This document shows, piece by piece, positions 47,921-61,730 of a stretch of DNA of 64,000 nucleotides. The translations under genes were made by a program, and so were the position numbers. The DNA comes from Vicugna vicugna (taxonomy: Eukaryota): NCBI GenBank assembly GCA_013265495.1, contig MU058009.1:3863780-3927779 (forward strand), in the 5' to 3' direction. The notes beneath the pieces are model-generated. The model made no database searches. It was given only the letters and a program-made list of their open reading frames with translations, and was not told the origin of the DNA. Position 1 is the first letter of the stretch; each line of letters begins with the position of its first letter.

Positions 47921-48469
47921 CAGCTACCTGGGGCAGCAGCCTTGGCTGGGCGGCTTCATCTGGTCTTGGCTGCAGGTTTAATTGCGAAGTCTTAATGGGC
48001 CCTGCTGGCTCCGGGACTTCATCTTATTTCACATTGTTTGTCCTCCACAAGCGGCTTCAAGCCTGTGCAACTCAATTTCTGATACTTACTTTTTTTTTTC
48101 TGTTTCCCTTTGTCTGCAAACCAGTGCCTTCTTTCTCGAGATACCTTGCCAAACACAGCAAGGGGAAATCAGCATATGCTCGCGTTCTGGCTCCTTCCAA
48201 CCGCTCTTCTGAGGTGCTCGGGCTCGGCAGGCGCTCGGTCTGCCTTCTGCGCTAACAAGGGGGACCGCTTTGCCAAATGTTTCGCTGCAGCCGAGCAGGG
48301 GTTTCCAGCTCGCCTGAGCTGTTTCCTCGCCGCCTCCTGCAAAACCGCTAAGCTCTTGTCAGATATTTTAGATATCTGTATTTCTATCTATTATCAATAG
48401 ATGTATCAATCTATATATTGATCGGTAGAGAGAGAGATTTTTAAAGGCAGCATCTACTTCAAGGCCTTG

Positions 48470-48913
48470 ATTTAAGCAGTTTCAGGTAACGGTTGCAGCT
48501 GAAAGGACCAAATTCCCACATTTTAACGGCACAAAAACGTAAAAGTTATTTTTGTGTACGGATTCCAGTGCAGGTGTTCCTGGATCACGGAAGGCCGGCT
48601 TTCCTCCACACGGTGATGCGTGGATCCAGGTTCTTTCCATCTCATGACTCCGCTATGTCTTCGGGTCTCCAAGTCTTCTGCCTTCCAGCCAGCGGCGGCG
48701 GGAGGGGTGGGGGCCTTTGTGGACCAGCCCTGGGAGTGAGGCTTAGTACTTACGCCCACGCTCCACTTCGCTAGAACTCGGCAAGTGGCTGCGCCGCAGC
48801 GCGAGGAGGCTGGCGAGCGTGTTCTCCGTCTGGGCGGCCACTCCCCAGCGGCAGGGGTATGCCGTGAAGGGTCCCTTCACACATTTTGGTAGCAGGCAGC
48901 TGCCTCTGCCATA
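48470..48913 (-). mobile_element. MLT1J/K-like LTR
   Basis: 'ggatccaggttctttccatctcatgactccgc...cccacgctccacttcgctagaactcggcaagtggctgc...ctctgccata'. Confidence 0.75.
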
Positions 48914-50651
48914 TATGAAAAAAGTTTCAGAAGAAATTGCTGAATTCTATTATAGAGGGAAAATCAATATTTAGTCATACTTGCAAATATATTATCGGTA
49001 TATATGGATACTTGTGTATTTAAATATTACAGTGATATTATATATACATATGTGTGTATATATAACATGTAACATTTTTACCAGTACCCTCTAGAATGAG
49101 AGTGGCCTCTCTTCGCAGGCTTGGGTTAGACAGCCAGGTTTGGGAGGGTTCACATCAAGAAGAGGCTCCTTGAAGGAAACACACACTCCTTAACACGCAC
49201 GCACAGCACACACTGTGAATGAGGGTCTTTGTGTGAACAACAGGATTCCAGTTCATCTTTGTGATTCAAGGGCTTTTTTTTTAAGTTTTGAAATAGATAA
49301 ACCATGGATTTCCATTCTCCGTTTTTAAAGAGTAAGTGCTTTCCGGTAAGGAGTCCTGGTGCTCACGTGCGGTAAGGGACGCAGTAGCACTTGCGTAACG
49401 CTCTTCGGAGGGGTTTGAGGTACGTGCCTGCTTTGCCAGTGTGCTCTCGTACTCTGTGCTTTGGCTTCAAAATATGGTGCTCAAAAAACCCAAGAACTTC
49501 ACTCAGTTTTGCAGAAGAAATGGTTTCCCAAATATTGCTTGTAATGCTGGTGGTTCACGCTAATTTCCTGGCAAATTGATACTCCCAGAAATGGCAGGTG
49601 CTGCCAAGTTTCCAGTTGCTTCAGGAATTTTTACATTGTATTAATGTAATGACAAAGTTTATCTGCAGTCTATGACTGCGGGTGCGCCAGCATGCACTTC
49701 CATTAATAGAAACGCCGCACTTTTACATGAATCATAAAGGGAATTGATAATTGCCTATGGGAGTTTTTACCTGTGAGCGAGAATGTTTGACCCAATTATG
49801 CGCGTGCGGCGTGGGATGGATACGCTGAATTGCGATGCATGTATCGTTGGTGGATTTCAGGGGAAGTGAGACGCTATCCCAGGCGAACAAGCCATGCGTG
49901 AGCAAGTGTTAAAAAAATTTAAAACCTGATAGTCTTGCCGTTGCATCACCTGTCACAGCTCAGAAGTTTAATCCCATTCAATGCAGGAGATGAAAAGGTA
50001 AACCGGTGTGTTCGGTAGCATTAAGCACCTGTCATTCAAATCCCAGGATCCAGATGGATTTGTAGAAAAGCAACAGACACCTTCCACAAGGAGCTGAAAC
50101 CTGCCATCCTGGCGGATGACTGGCTTTCCAGGAGGTTAATGTGAAGGCAATGCACCTGCCTCCATGCACTCATGCTTTGCAAGAAGATAAGCTGACCCGT
50201 CTTGCTTCAAAAGCCATCAACGACATTCTTTTAAACTTGAAGATTTTAAGATTCTATTTAGCGTTGATGAAGTTGAGCAAGAAGTTTAAGAGTGACTGAT
50301 CAGACTTACTTCCACAGCAAAGCCCCTTTCCATGCACGGAGCCGCCCAGAGGCGGAGGGGTTTTGTTTGTTTGCTGTGAGCTGGAGAAGAGGGCGATCCT
50401 GAGGATTTTAGCAGCGGTCAGGGGCTGCTTCTACCACTAAGTGCAAGGCCCTCCAACTTTATATTCATATATAAAGTGACCAATTTAACCACATTTCTTT
50501 TTTAAAAACAGCTCTAGCGTATTATACAAGTAAAACTTGTATCTTGATTATATATGATTTTAAGTCACATTTTGTCTTCCTCTTCAGTACTGGCTTTCTT
50601 TCTCATTTTCCCAAACTGGTCACAAGCACCTCAGGTTTTCCAGTTAACTAT

Positions 50652-51208
50652 TGTGGTGAGGAGAATTCAGAGATGCCCCCCAGGTTCTCAGCCTCCGATG
50701 TACATGCCCGCGTAACCCTCCCAGAGTGAGGACAGGGCGTGTGACTGTCATGAGATCGTCTATCGCTGCCGCCTTGGTTACGTTATGCGGTGTGACAAGG
50801 TGATTACCTTGCATGATAAAGTTTACACCCCAGCAGACTGGAGAGGGATGGGGTCAGACAGAAATGTCCCTGCTGGCCTGGAAGAAAGCAAGCAGCTCTG
50901 TTGTGAACAGCCTTTAGGACTGCGTGCCCGAGATTCCCACGGTCAGCCTGCAGGAGCTGCGAGCGGGACCTGCCGGCAGGTAGCGAGGCCAGGGGTCCCC
51001 CAGCCCTGCGCACGGGGACAGCGCTCTGCCCCAGCCGTGAGCTGGACGAGAACTCGGGGCCTCAGGTGTGCTTGCAGCCCGGGGATCACACGCCACGCTC
51101 TCAGCCCGGGCAGACCCTGACCCAGGAAGACTGTGAGACAGTGACTTTTGTTGTTTTAAACTGCTAAATCTGTGATAGTTTATTATGCAGCGAGAGGGAA
51201 CAAGTGTA
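50652..51208 (+). mobile_element. MLT1E/F-like solo LTR
   Basis: 'tgtggtgaggagaattcagagatgccccc...cctgctggcctggaagaaagcaagcagc...ttgttgttttaaactgctaaatctgtgatagtttattatgcagc'. Confidence 0.85.
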
Positions 51209-51239
51209 ACTCTATGCAAATTTTCAAATGAACGCGCCG

Positions 51240-52345
51240 CTCATTCGGTTCTCTCATTTTCTGTGCGCGCTTTCTTACAAGAAGCATCCATCAGGCGGTG
51301 GCTACATGGCAGGCAGTGCGCGAGGTACCACTGGTGGACCCGGGCCCTGGCCTCGGAGTGCTGCCGACAAGAGCAGAAAGTGCCTGTGGGGAGTGGACCA
51401 CACGCGCTCTGAGAATAGCACGGCCAGGACATAGAGAGGGAGTCAGCAAGCCCGCCTGTGAGACGGGGGACACGGAAAGGCTCCGTGATGACATGCAACT
51501 TGAGGAGATCGTCAGAGAGGAGGAAGTGTTCTCCAGGGCGGAGAGGAGGGAAGAGCTCTCTGATGAGCAGAGACGCACACGGCGAGTCACAGACGTGCTC
51601 GTCCAGGCGCTCTAAGCAGGGACGCGGGTGAGGAGGCCAGGCCCGCAGCGCGGGAGGCGGGAAGGGAGTGGCTGTAGAGAGACGTCTGCGCCGGTAGCGC
51701 GCCTTCGAGACGTGTTACTCAGAGTGTGGCCCCGGTGGGGGCAGCAGCGTGCGCACCACCTGGGAACCTGCTAGGGGTGCAGAATCGCAGGCCCCACCTG
51801 CACCCGCCGAGTCCGAGTCTGCCTTTAACCCCGTTCTCGGGTGACTCACGGCGCTTTCATGTCCGCCAGCCTCTGGACGCTGGCGAGTTTGGGTGCTGGC
51901 CTTTAGATAAAGGGGAGATATTGAAATGTTTTAAGGCGGGTCGTGACACAATCAGATCTATCTTATAGAAAAGCACTGGTCTTAAAAAAAATAAAGCGAG
52001 AGTAGTGGGCACAGAAACGGGGGGATAGAGGAGACAGATTTTAAGGAGGCAGGCTAAGGAGAGTTTGAACAGACTGAATTTGCTAACTGAGGGACACTGA
52101 GTTGTTTAAGAAGAACTTCGGGGTCTGATTAACATGACTATGTGGGTGATTATTTTCAAACGTGAGAAATACAGGTGAAATGATGAGCGTCACTTTGGAC
52201 ACACTGAGTCTGAGATGCCTGTGGGGCTGCGGTGAAGATAAGAGGCGGATTCGTGCATCAGAGGTCACTAGGGACGTCCGGGTCATTAATTTGGATGCGA
52301 AGGACTTGCAGGGTTACGTCTGAAGTCATGAGGATGAGTGAGTGT
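51240..52345 (-). mobile_element. L2 LINE, interrupted by MER5A1
   Basis: 'ggggagatattgaaatgttttaaggcgggtcgtgacacaatcagatct', 'ctttggacacactgagtctgagatgcctgtg', 'tgaagtcatgaggatgagtgag'. Confidence 0.75.
51710..51875 (+). mobile_element. MER5A1-like hAT-Charlie DNA transposon
   Basis: 'gttactcagagtgtggccc...gcagcagc...caccacctgggaacctgctag...gcagaatcgcaggccccacc...gagtctgcctttaac...ggtgactc'. Confidence 0.8.
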
Positions 52346-53389
52346 TTCCAAACTGATAATTCCTGGTCAATGTTCTCTTCTAAAAGGTTTAAGTCTTCCA
52401 GACGCAGGATTTCCACGGGTACTTGACTCCCCCCCTTTCCACCTTATTAAGACAATGCTTATGAAAATGCATGCCTGTGTCTGATACTCAAAGGTCTGAA
52501 ATGGTGCAAGTACACCCAGAAGCACTTTAGATGCTGATGCGAGAGGAATCTGGCTTCTCTCAGGTAGGAAGTGATGCTGGTGGGGACGGAAAGCCACCTC
52601 CCATCCATTCTCATTTACCTTCCCATTCGTGGATAAATGCAATGAAACAAGTGCTAATCATAAGAGACTTGTTAAAATTTTGCAGAGTCTTGGTAGTTGC
52701 AAGATGACTATCATTACACCCAAGATGCAAGGGAGGAAATACAATTTTTAAAATAGTTACATTACAGAATACAGAAGGCAACTACAGAAAGTCTCATGTA
52801 TCATTTCCATAAAGCCAAAAATTTCTGTGGAAAGAGTGATAAAATAGAAGATGATGTAATAGCAGATTGCGCTGAAAAGAGTGTTCCATTATATCAAGAA
52901 ATATTTAAGGAAACTAAAATTCAGGAGAAGGAGGGTAGGACAGAAATAGCTACCTAAAATTTAATCAGCGATGTAGAGAGCGAATTTGAGAATTTTTTTC
53001 TTCAAAATTAAAAGATGAAGAACAAGAGATGAAACAACTAAAGTAGAAAGCATAATGAATGCTACCTAAGGGGAAGGTGTGTCTTCCGAGCACATACCAT
53101 ACCAACTGAGAACAACATACATTTAATATGTAATCGTTTCCTAAGATGCATAAACATTTTAATTTACAGAAAGAAAACGTGTAGCAAACACCAGGTGAAA
53201 TATGTGGAAAAAAAGAATTTAGGGCTCTTTAGGAACCCGTTTTAAATGTTATATATTATATATTAGTTTATAATTGTTACATGCTTGGCACCACAGGAAA
53301 TGCTAAGTAGGATTCTCTTGAATTAATTAATAAAACATTGAAAAAAAAACCTGAACATCAAAGAGTTCACAGTGAGGCTTCCAGAGTTT

Positions 53390-54137
53390 TGCTTCTGGCC
53401 GTAAAAAATTAATTGACACCAGAATTTCCTCCTGCTGTTAAAAAAAAAAAAATTAGGAAATGGAACGTAACACACACATCATGTTTTCCAGCCACTGGAC
53501 AACAGCCAGTGAGGACTGTGATCCCTGAAAAACATGCAGGCAGATGAGGTGAATCCTGTGACCCACTTGGATCTCAGCCTGGAAGCATTTTCTGGGACTC
53601 TTGCTTGAGTGGAACAAAGATCAGTGCTCAGTGAGGTTGAGGAGACTAGGGGGAGGGGGAGGGGGAGACGTGGAGAAACAGCCACAGAAACTGACACGGG
53701 GGCCCCATGACTTCGCTGGCGAGCCCTAAGGGGCTCACGCGTAAAGTGAACACACACGCAGACAGGGAAAGAACTGTCGGGGACTTCTAAGCTGTCTAAC
53801 TCCTGGAATTCAGGAAAAGGGCTGGGAGGTCCTCAAGCTCTGGCCAGCGAGCGCGGAGAGACGTGGTTGGACACGAGGGGCATTCAGTGGAGACAGCAGA
53901 AGGGTCGCAGTGCAGAAAATAAATAAAGCACCAACATTTAAATTTATTTCAGTGAATAAAAACACCAAGTTTTTATTTATTTAAATAAGTAAATAGTGTT
54001 TTTTTTTTTTTGAAAAGGTCAATAAAACGAATAAGCCCTGGGGAAGACTGTTCAATAAAACACAGAAAAGACAACAATTACGAAGAGAAAGACAAAAATG
54101 GGGGCATGACTACAGCTCTACAGGCATCAAATGGATG
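53390..54137 (+). mobile_element. L1MC/L1MD-type 5' end followed by a short ORF2 fragment
   Basis: 'gcttctggcc...accagaatttcctcctgc...ccactggacaacagccagtgaggactgtgatccctga', then 'tttgaaaaggtcaataaaa...catgactacagctctacaggcatcaaa'. Confidence 0.7.
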
Positions 54138-54149
54138 TCTGCGTGTTTT

Positions 54150-56315
54150 TAAGTCAAATTATGTGGGTTTTGCGGTTTGTTTTTGTTATTGAGTTGTATG
54201 AGTTCCTTATGTATTTTTGGTATTAACTCCTTATCAGACACATGGTTAGGATATATTGTCTCCTAATTGTATATATATAGTTGCGTTAGCTGTGAAGACG
54301 CTTTATAGCTTGATATAGTTCTGTTTGTTTATTTTTCTTTTGTTGCTTGTGTTTTTGGTGTCATATCCAAAATTTATAGCTAAGATCTGTATCAAGGAGG
54401 TGTTCCCTCTGTTTTCTTCTAAGATTTTTATGGTTTCATTTCTTACATTTAAGCCCTTAATTCAGTCTGAGTTAATTTTTGTGAGTGGCATAAGTTAGAG
54501 TCTAATTTCATTCTTTAACACGTGGATATTCAGTTTTCCATTTATTGAAGAGATTATTTCTCCATTGAATATTCTGAGCTCTCGTATCAATACTAGTTGA
54601 CTGTGTATGCATGAGTTTATTTCTTGGCTCTCAGTTCTGTTCCATTGGTCTATGTGTCTATTTTTATGCTAGTACCATATTGTTTGGATCACTTTAGCTT
54701 TATAGTGTAGTTTGAAATCAGGTGTTGTGATGTTTGCAAGCTTTATTCTTCTTTCTTAGGATTGCTTTGGTGATTTGGAGCATTTTGTGAGTCTGTACAA
54801 ATTTTAGGACAGTTTTTTTTTATTTCCATGAAAAATTACATTGTAATTTTGATAGGGATTGCACTGAATCCATAGATGGCTTTGGGTAATATGGGCATTT
54901 TTAACAATACTGACTCAATCCATGAACATGGGATATCTTTCCATTTATTGTCTTCTTCAATTTATTTTATCAATGTCATAGTTTTCTGTGTATAGAACTT
55001 TCTTGGTTAAATTTATTTTTAAGTATTTTATTGTTTTTAATACTATTGTAAATGATACAATTTTATTTCTTTTTCAGATAGTTCATTGTTATTGTATAGA
55101 ACTGCAACTAATTTTTGTATGTTGATTTTGTATCCTGGACTTCTATGAATCTGCTTATAAGTCTAACAGTTCATTTTGTTTTGTTTTGTTTTTGTGGAAT
55201 CTGTAGTATTGTTTATATACAAGATCATATCATTAGCAAACAGACAATTTTTCTTCTTCCTTTCTAATCTGGATGACTTTTATTCCTTTTTCTTACCTAA
55301 TTGCTCTGGCTAGGACTTCTTGTATCATGTTGAATAGAAGTGGTGAAAATGGACATCCTTGTCTTTTTTCTGACCTTAGAAGAAGAGCTTTCAACGTTTC
55401 ACCATTGAACATGTTGTTATCTGTGGGTTTGTCATACATGGCCTTTATTATGTTGCGATATAGTCCCTCTATACCCAATTTGTTTAGAATTTTTATCATG
55501 AAAGGATGTTGAATTTGTTAAATACTTTTCTGCAACTATTGAAATAATCTTATGATTTTTGTCTTTCATTCTATTAATGTGGTGCATCACATTTATTAAT
55601 TTGCATATGTTGAACCTTCTTGCATCTGGGGATAAATTCCATTTGATATGGTGTACAGTTCTTTTAGTGTGCTGTCGAATTTAGTTTGCTAGTATTTCGT
55701 TGAAAACTTTTGCATCTGTATTCATCAGAGATAATGGTCTGTAGTTTTTTTGTGTGTGTGTGTTCTAATCTGGCTTTAGTTTTAGGGTAACTCTGGCCTC
55801 ATAAAATGAGTTTAAGTGTGTCCCTCCTCTTCAGTTTTTTAGAAGACTTTGATAAGAACTGGTATTAATTCTTTAGATGTGCAGAATAATTCACCTGTGA
55901 AGCCGTATGGCGCTGACTAAGCCTTTCTTTGTCGGCACAGATTTTGATGACTGGCTCAGTCTGCCTGCTTGTTATTGTTATGTCCAGATTTCTAATTCTT
56001 CATGATTCATGCTTGGGAAGTTGTATGTTTCTAGAAATTTATCCACTTCTTCTAAGTTGTACAATTTGTTGATGTATAATTTTTCATAGTAGCCTCATCA
56101 TTTTTTAGGATGTTTCTATGATATCAGTTGTAATGTCTTTTATTTCTGATTTTATTTCTTCGAGTCGTCACTCTCTCTCTGTAAGTCTGGCTTAAGTTGT
56201 ATCAATTTGACTAAAATCTGTTTTATTTATTTTGTCTGACAGAAGTATAGCTGCCCTGATCTCTTGTGGTTTTCATTAATGCGGAATCTTTTTTCATCCC
56301 TTCACCTTGAACCTG
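54150..56315 (-). mobile_element. L1 ORF2 remnant (EN start plus RT region)
   Basis: ORF 55293..55499 [42 protein letters not shown] is L1 reverse transcriptase; 56230-56315 resembles the EN-domain start. Confidence 0.93.
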
Positions 56316-56329
56316 AGAATTTACAAAGC

Positions 56330-58030
56330 TTGTATAATACAGGATCAACATACAGAAACCAAGTTTATTTCTGTACACTAGAAAGGAATTGGAAAATTCT
56401 ATTTTTAAAAATCCCATCTATAGTAGTATCAAAAAACATGAAATCTTTAGATGTGGATTTTTAAACATATGTAATTTTACATACATGTGCTTGTTCACTT
56501 GAAACTACAAAACACTGCTGAGAGAAATTAAAGAAAATCTGAATAAAAGAGAAGATATACCATATACATGGATTGGAAGACAGTACACTTAAGGTGTCTA
56601 TCCTTCCAAATTATAGATACATAGGTTCAACAAAATCCCAATCAAAATCTCTGCATGATTTTTATTGAAATTAATAAGCTGATTTAGAATAGCCATCGAC
56701 ATACAGTCAATCAATTTTTAACAAGGGTGCCACGAAAGTTAAATGGGGTAAAGATTGCTTTTTCAATGTATAGTACTAAAAAATTGGATATCGATATGGA
56801 AAAAAAAATCCATCTTTACTTCATATTTTGCACAAAACTCACTCAAAATGGGCCATAGAGCTAAGTGTACTAATGGATACTATAAAATTTATAGAAAAAA
56901 GCAGGAGAAAATTTTCATGGCCTTGGGGTAGGTTAATAGTCCTTACATCTGACGCATAGTCCAAACCACGAGATAAAAGCTAATAAACTGAAGTTGATCA
57001 AAATTATAATATTTCACTCTTGGAAACAGTAAGAAAATGTCAAGGCAGGCCACAAGATGGAAGAAAATATTCTTTGTCCTTAGATCTGACAAATGACTTA
57101 CATTCCTAACCTATAAACCTGTCTTACAACTCAATAGTAAATGGTCAAATAGCATCATGGAAATCCTTCACAAAATGTGTATGAAATGTCAATAATCAAA
57201 TGAGAAGATGCTCAGCATCAAACAAGGCTTCAAGCAAATGCAGATTAAAACAAGAAGTGCCACTTCCCACCTTCTCAAATGGATACAAATAAAAGGACTG
57301 AAAAAGAAAGTGTTAACAGGGTGTGTGCTGACAGGAAGATAAAATTGTATCATCACTTTGGAAAACAATTTGGTGGTTTCTTATAAAATTAAATACACAC
57401 TTAATATATAACCTGTCAATCTCTAGATACTGACCTAAGATAAATGAAAACATGTCCACACAAAGACTTGCACTCAAATGATCATAGCAGCTTCATTCAT
57501 AAGGGCCCCAAACTGGTAATAATCTAAATGTCCATCAAAATGTGAATGGATAAAGAAATTTGTATTATAGCCACAGCTGGAGTTCTATTGGGTACTGAGA
57601 AAAAAAAATATTGATGCACAAAATAAAATGAATGAATTCCAAAGCATCCCGCTGAGCCAAAGAAATGAGACATAGAGTTGTTTTTGGATTCCAATTTTGT
57701 TTAAATCCAATGTGATTGGAATCCAATCCATGTGATGCTCTAAAACAGTGGAACCAAGCTATGAGAGAGAAGCAGGCGGAGCTGCCTGACATCAGGTGTG
57801 TGGGGGGTGGTTTGAGGGGAGGTGGGTGAGATGCACTGGAAAGGGACATGAGCTGATTTGGGGAGATTTTGGAAATGTTCTAAAGCTCAATTGTGGTGGT
57901 AGTTCCACGTGCATATGTAGTTGTCAAAAGTCATCGTATCTGAGAATTTGTTTCCGTTAAAAAGTCACTGTGCACTTTGCATGGCTGCCCTTTACCGTGT
58001 GCAACATACACCTTAATGAATTTGATAGGA
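56330..58030 (+). mobile_element. Old L1 ORF2 3' half plus 3'UTR
   Basis: 'aactacaaaacactgctgagagaaattaaagaa...catggattggaaga', 'tttttaacaagggtgcc', 'cacaaagacttgcactcaaatgatcatagcagcttcattcataa...aaatgtccatcaa'. Confidence 0.9.
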
Positions 58031-58485
58031 GCGAATTTACAAATGGTTTTACGTTTCTCTTTTTGGCTTTTCTGTATTTTCCAAATTCTCTCTCTGAACC
58101 CTGCATTAATATTGTCATCAAAATAAACTAATTAAAAGGCTACTTGTATTCACTTTCATTGTTCTCTCGGTAGACCTTGTGTAAGTGCTCTCTGCAAGCA
58201 ACCTGGTCAGTCAGCTCCTCCAAATACAGTCAGGACCCATGAAAACTAGAGTCCCGAATCTTCCTCCCTGTGTTTATACACAAGTGGGTTTTCTTTTACC
58301 AAAGATACTGGATTCCTCATTAAAAACAAAACTGAAAACCAGTAAAGGATGTTCAGCCTTTGCGTTAGAATGAAGGTTTATAATTTTCTCTCCCACTGTG
58401 CTGGAGCTGAGCTGCACGCCCTCTCATCCTGTGATACAAGACTGTGGACAGTGGCAGGTGGGGACCAGGCAAGCCCTGCCCCCTC

Positions 58486-58488
<3 letters not shown>

Positions 58489-58520
<32 letters not shown>
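58489..58520. repeat. (CA)16 microsatellite
   Basis: Read directly from the sequence. Confidence 0.97.
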
Positions 58521-58523
<3 letters not shown>

Positions 58524-60469
58524 TGGAAGCACCTGAGCTGTGGGGAAGCTGACACCAGATCAGAAGCAGGAATCAAGATGATACGAATTTTAACAAGTTA
58601 AACATAGTGTACAATGAAACAGGTTATAAAAAAAAGATCAGAAACAGTCTCAGAAAATGAGAGTCGATTCTTCCAGATACCCAGGAAAGCCAATTTTACA
58701 ACTGAGCCTTCGGCGGCGAAAGCTAACAGAGAGATTATGTAGTATTACTTAATTATCCTTTTCCACTGGAAGAAAGCATGCCAATTTTCTGATAGAAAAC
58801 GTGTTCCTGGAGCAGAACTCGAGATAGAATTTATCACGGGGACAGTGAACTTTTGGTAATGAGGTAACTGGTATCTTCAAGAGAGTTTTTTGAAAAGGTT
58901 AGAAACTGCTCTTAGACACTGCCCTTGTGCCCAAGAGGGCAGCTGAGGTGACAGAAGACGGAGCCCTGATAAAAAATGGTCAGTTTGGGAAACAAGGAGA
59001 AGGCGCTGCTTTCTGAGCATCTAATTTAGCACAGTGCCAGTGGCAGGCACAAGGAGAGAATAAAGGAGAAGCGTTGCTCTGTCTGTGAAACAGTCTTCCT
59101 TAGATGTCAGAGGTGCTAGGAGGGCCCCTGGCTGATGCGGGGGCGGACAGTGTAGGATCGCATCCCCTAACAGGTGCCTGCAGTCCAGGCATCAGTGTTG
59201 CTGGGGTGGCCACGTGCCTTCCATACCAGATGGGAAGGGAGGTGTCATTCTGTCGTGAAAGGTGGGGAGGCAGACAGAAGGCTACCTCAGTCTAGCACAG
59301 GTGGGGACAGCAGGGTTTCTTCAGGTGGAGCCAGCATTTTCTTCAGGGAAGAGCTTCCTGTCTTGTATAGCACTTAAGCACAGGCTTGGTTAAGACCCCG
59401 AGGTTTTACACAACCTGGAGAAAAATGTCTTTAGCTTGAAAATATTCAAGCCAAGTCCTCTAGCTGCCCGCCTTGTTCACTGGAGTGACTTGAGTGTGGC
59501 ACGTCCACCTTTTAGACAGGCTACGTCTTGATGTGTTTGGCCGCAGGAGTAAGCTCCAAGGTGAGCTGCAAACTTCACCTGTGCGCTGGGGTTACGAGGC
59601 TTTACCACATCTGTGCTTGGGAATGCCTGGCAAAGCCAGCGTTTGTGATGTCGATCAAAGTGATGTTCAGTTGCTTGGGTTCAGATTCTTCGTGAGACTA
59701 CTCGTTGCTGAAGTCAAACAGAGACTGGAGGAAGGCACAATGTAGTTCGGTGTAATTGGATGTCCCAGGTGATTACTGAGCACCCGTGAGAAAGCAACGA
59801 GATCAAGCAGCAGTAATGGGCACTGCAGGGCAATCAAAATAAGAAAAAAAGTGAAGCACTCTTAAAGAGCTTGAAAAGCACAAAGACACGATTGATCCTT
59901 TAGATTTATCATGTTATTTAAATATGAAAGGAGAATTAGAAGGTATGTGAAGGTACAGCTCTGATTGGTAACATTTAAATTAGGCATTGCACCTGCAGGG
60001 GGCTGGACTCATCTCGCGCGCCGGCTACATTCCGAGTCTAGACACGGGTCTGAAGTGGCGTCCGTTGACATCCGTCCAGTCTGTCGGCCGCGGACCCTGA
60101 GCTTCAAGGCCAGTTTAATGAACACTGCGAATAGACGGAACTGTAACCGTCATGTGCTTTTCTTTTTGAAGCGAGGGAATTACCCAGATAGAATTATATA
60201 ACCCTGGGTTTCTGTAAACACCCGTGCAGCTACCATTCTGTGAGTGTATCGCTAAATCTGCTCTGCTGCTGTCTTTGACCGCTAAAACCGAACCTCTGAT
60301 TAAATCCAGAAGCTACACTCGTTAAGGTAGAGAGGTTATTTGTTAAAAATCCTAAACTGAAATTGCTCTCAACCAATTCTAATTTCCAGTAATCTCTCGA
60401 GTCTGTTCCAGTTTTGCTTAGAATCTCCCCACCCCTAGGAGAAAGCCGTACTTCATTACAATATAATAT

Positions 60470-61730
60470 TTTTTAGTTAATTGCTCAATTCTGTTAATAT
60501 TTTAATGAGATATTTGTGTCTACATGCAGGAGTAAAACTGATTTAGAATATTTTATTAGGTTTGGGTATTAACGCAATACTGGGCTTATAAAACAAATTT
60601 CAAAGTTTTTTTTTCTTTCTGTAGCCCAGAATATTTCAAATATCATTGGAACTTGAAGGTTAGTTAAACCTCAGCTGTGAACCCATCTGGCCCTGATTCC
60701 TATTAAAAATAGCAGGTGTTTAATTCGATCTGGTCAGGGCTTCCACTTCTGAGGAGAGTTTTTGTAAATTTGCATTTTGCTAGGGTATCAGTCCCTTTGT
60801 CCACATTGCTGTTCAGCTTCATGTACTATTTGTTTTAACCGCTTTAATTTGTGTGGGTTCAGTGTTCTCTTTTCTTCTTTCCCTTCTCCTCCTCCTAACT
60901 GCGTCCATGTTTGTTTTTTCTACTTTCTTTCTAATCAGGCTCACAAAGGACTTCTCAAGGAACCGGTCGTGGGGTTTTTCCCTCCTCTGTTTTATCTGTT
61001 TGTTTGTTTATAATTAAGTCCTGACTTCCTGCACGTTAACCCCTTCTTCCTGGGTCGTTTGCTTGTTTTGTTGTTCTTTCTCTAATTTCTCGAGTCCTTA
61101 GTTCCTCATTTTCCATCTTTCCTCATTAACAATAGACAACCAAGCATGCATTATTTTTTTTTCTGGTGTTCCACAGGCTTGATGTGAGATGTTTTAATTT
61201 ACCTTGCTTTTTGAATTTCCTTTTCTGGCCCAAAGATGGTCTAAGCTATGTTTCTTGTTTTCTAAGTCAAAATTTAAGGAATTTTGATCAGAGAATGCCG
61301 CCTGTAAAGTCTTTAATTTTAACAATTTCTTGAAGTTTCCTTGTAGGCCTGCCCAGCAGTAATTTTCAAATGATCCCTTGTACATATATAAATTAATACT
61401 ATCTAAATTCAGCACATAAGAACGAAAGATCACATCTGTGGTCAATTTTATTGACTATATTCTTCAATTATCCTATTTTCTTACCACTTTTTGTCTAAAT
61501 ATGCTAAATTCTAAGTTGTATGATTGTTTCCTATTATTCCTATTTTTATCAAGTGTTTCTTGCATTGCGGATATCTGTTTTATATAATTGACAATATATT
61601 GTTTAGTGTAGAAAGATAGACAGGTAGACAGACAGACAGACATCTATTACATCTTAATCACTATTCATCCTATGGCCCCCTTTTATGTTTTTAGAATTTC
61701 CATTCTATCTTATAAACAGTCATAGTCCTC
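60470..61730 (-). mobile_element. Ancient, highly diverged L1ME-like ORF2 fragments
   Basis: T-rich antisense L1 motifs 'gatatttgtgtctacat', 'ggtttgggtattaa', 'gctgtgaacccatctggccctg', 'tgatcagagaatg'. Confidence 0.6.

Noticed and set aside
51298..51615. ORF with a coiled-coil-like E/R-rich tail
   Set aside because: Lies in the purine-rich antisense strand of an L2 remnant.
59985..60005. CTCF-like motif (cctgcagggggctg; another at ~26262)
   Set aside because: Mismatches at informative positions; expected by chance in GC-rich DNA.
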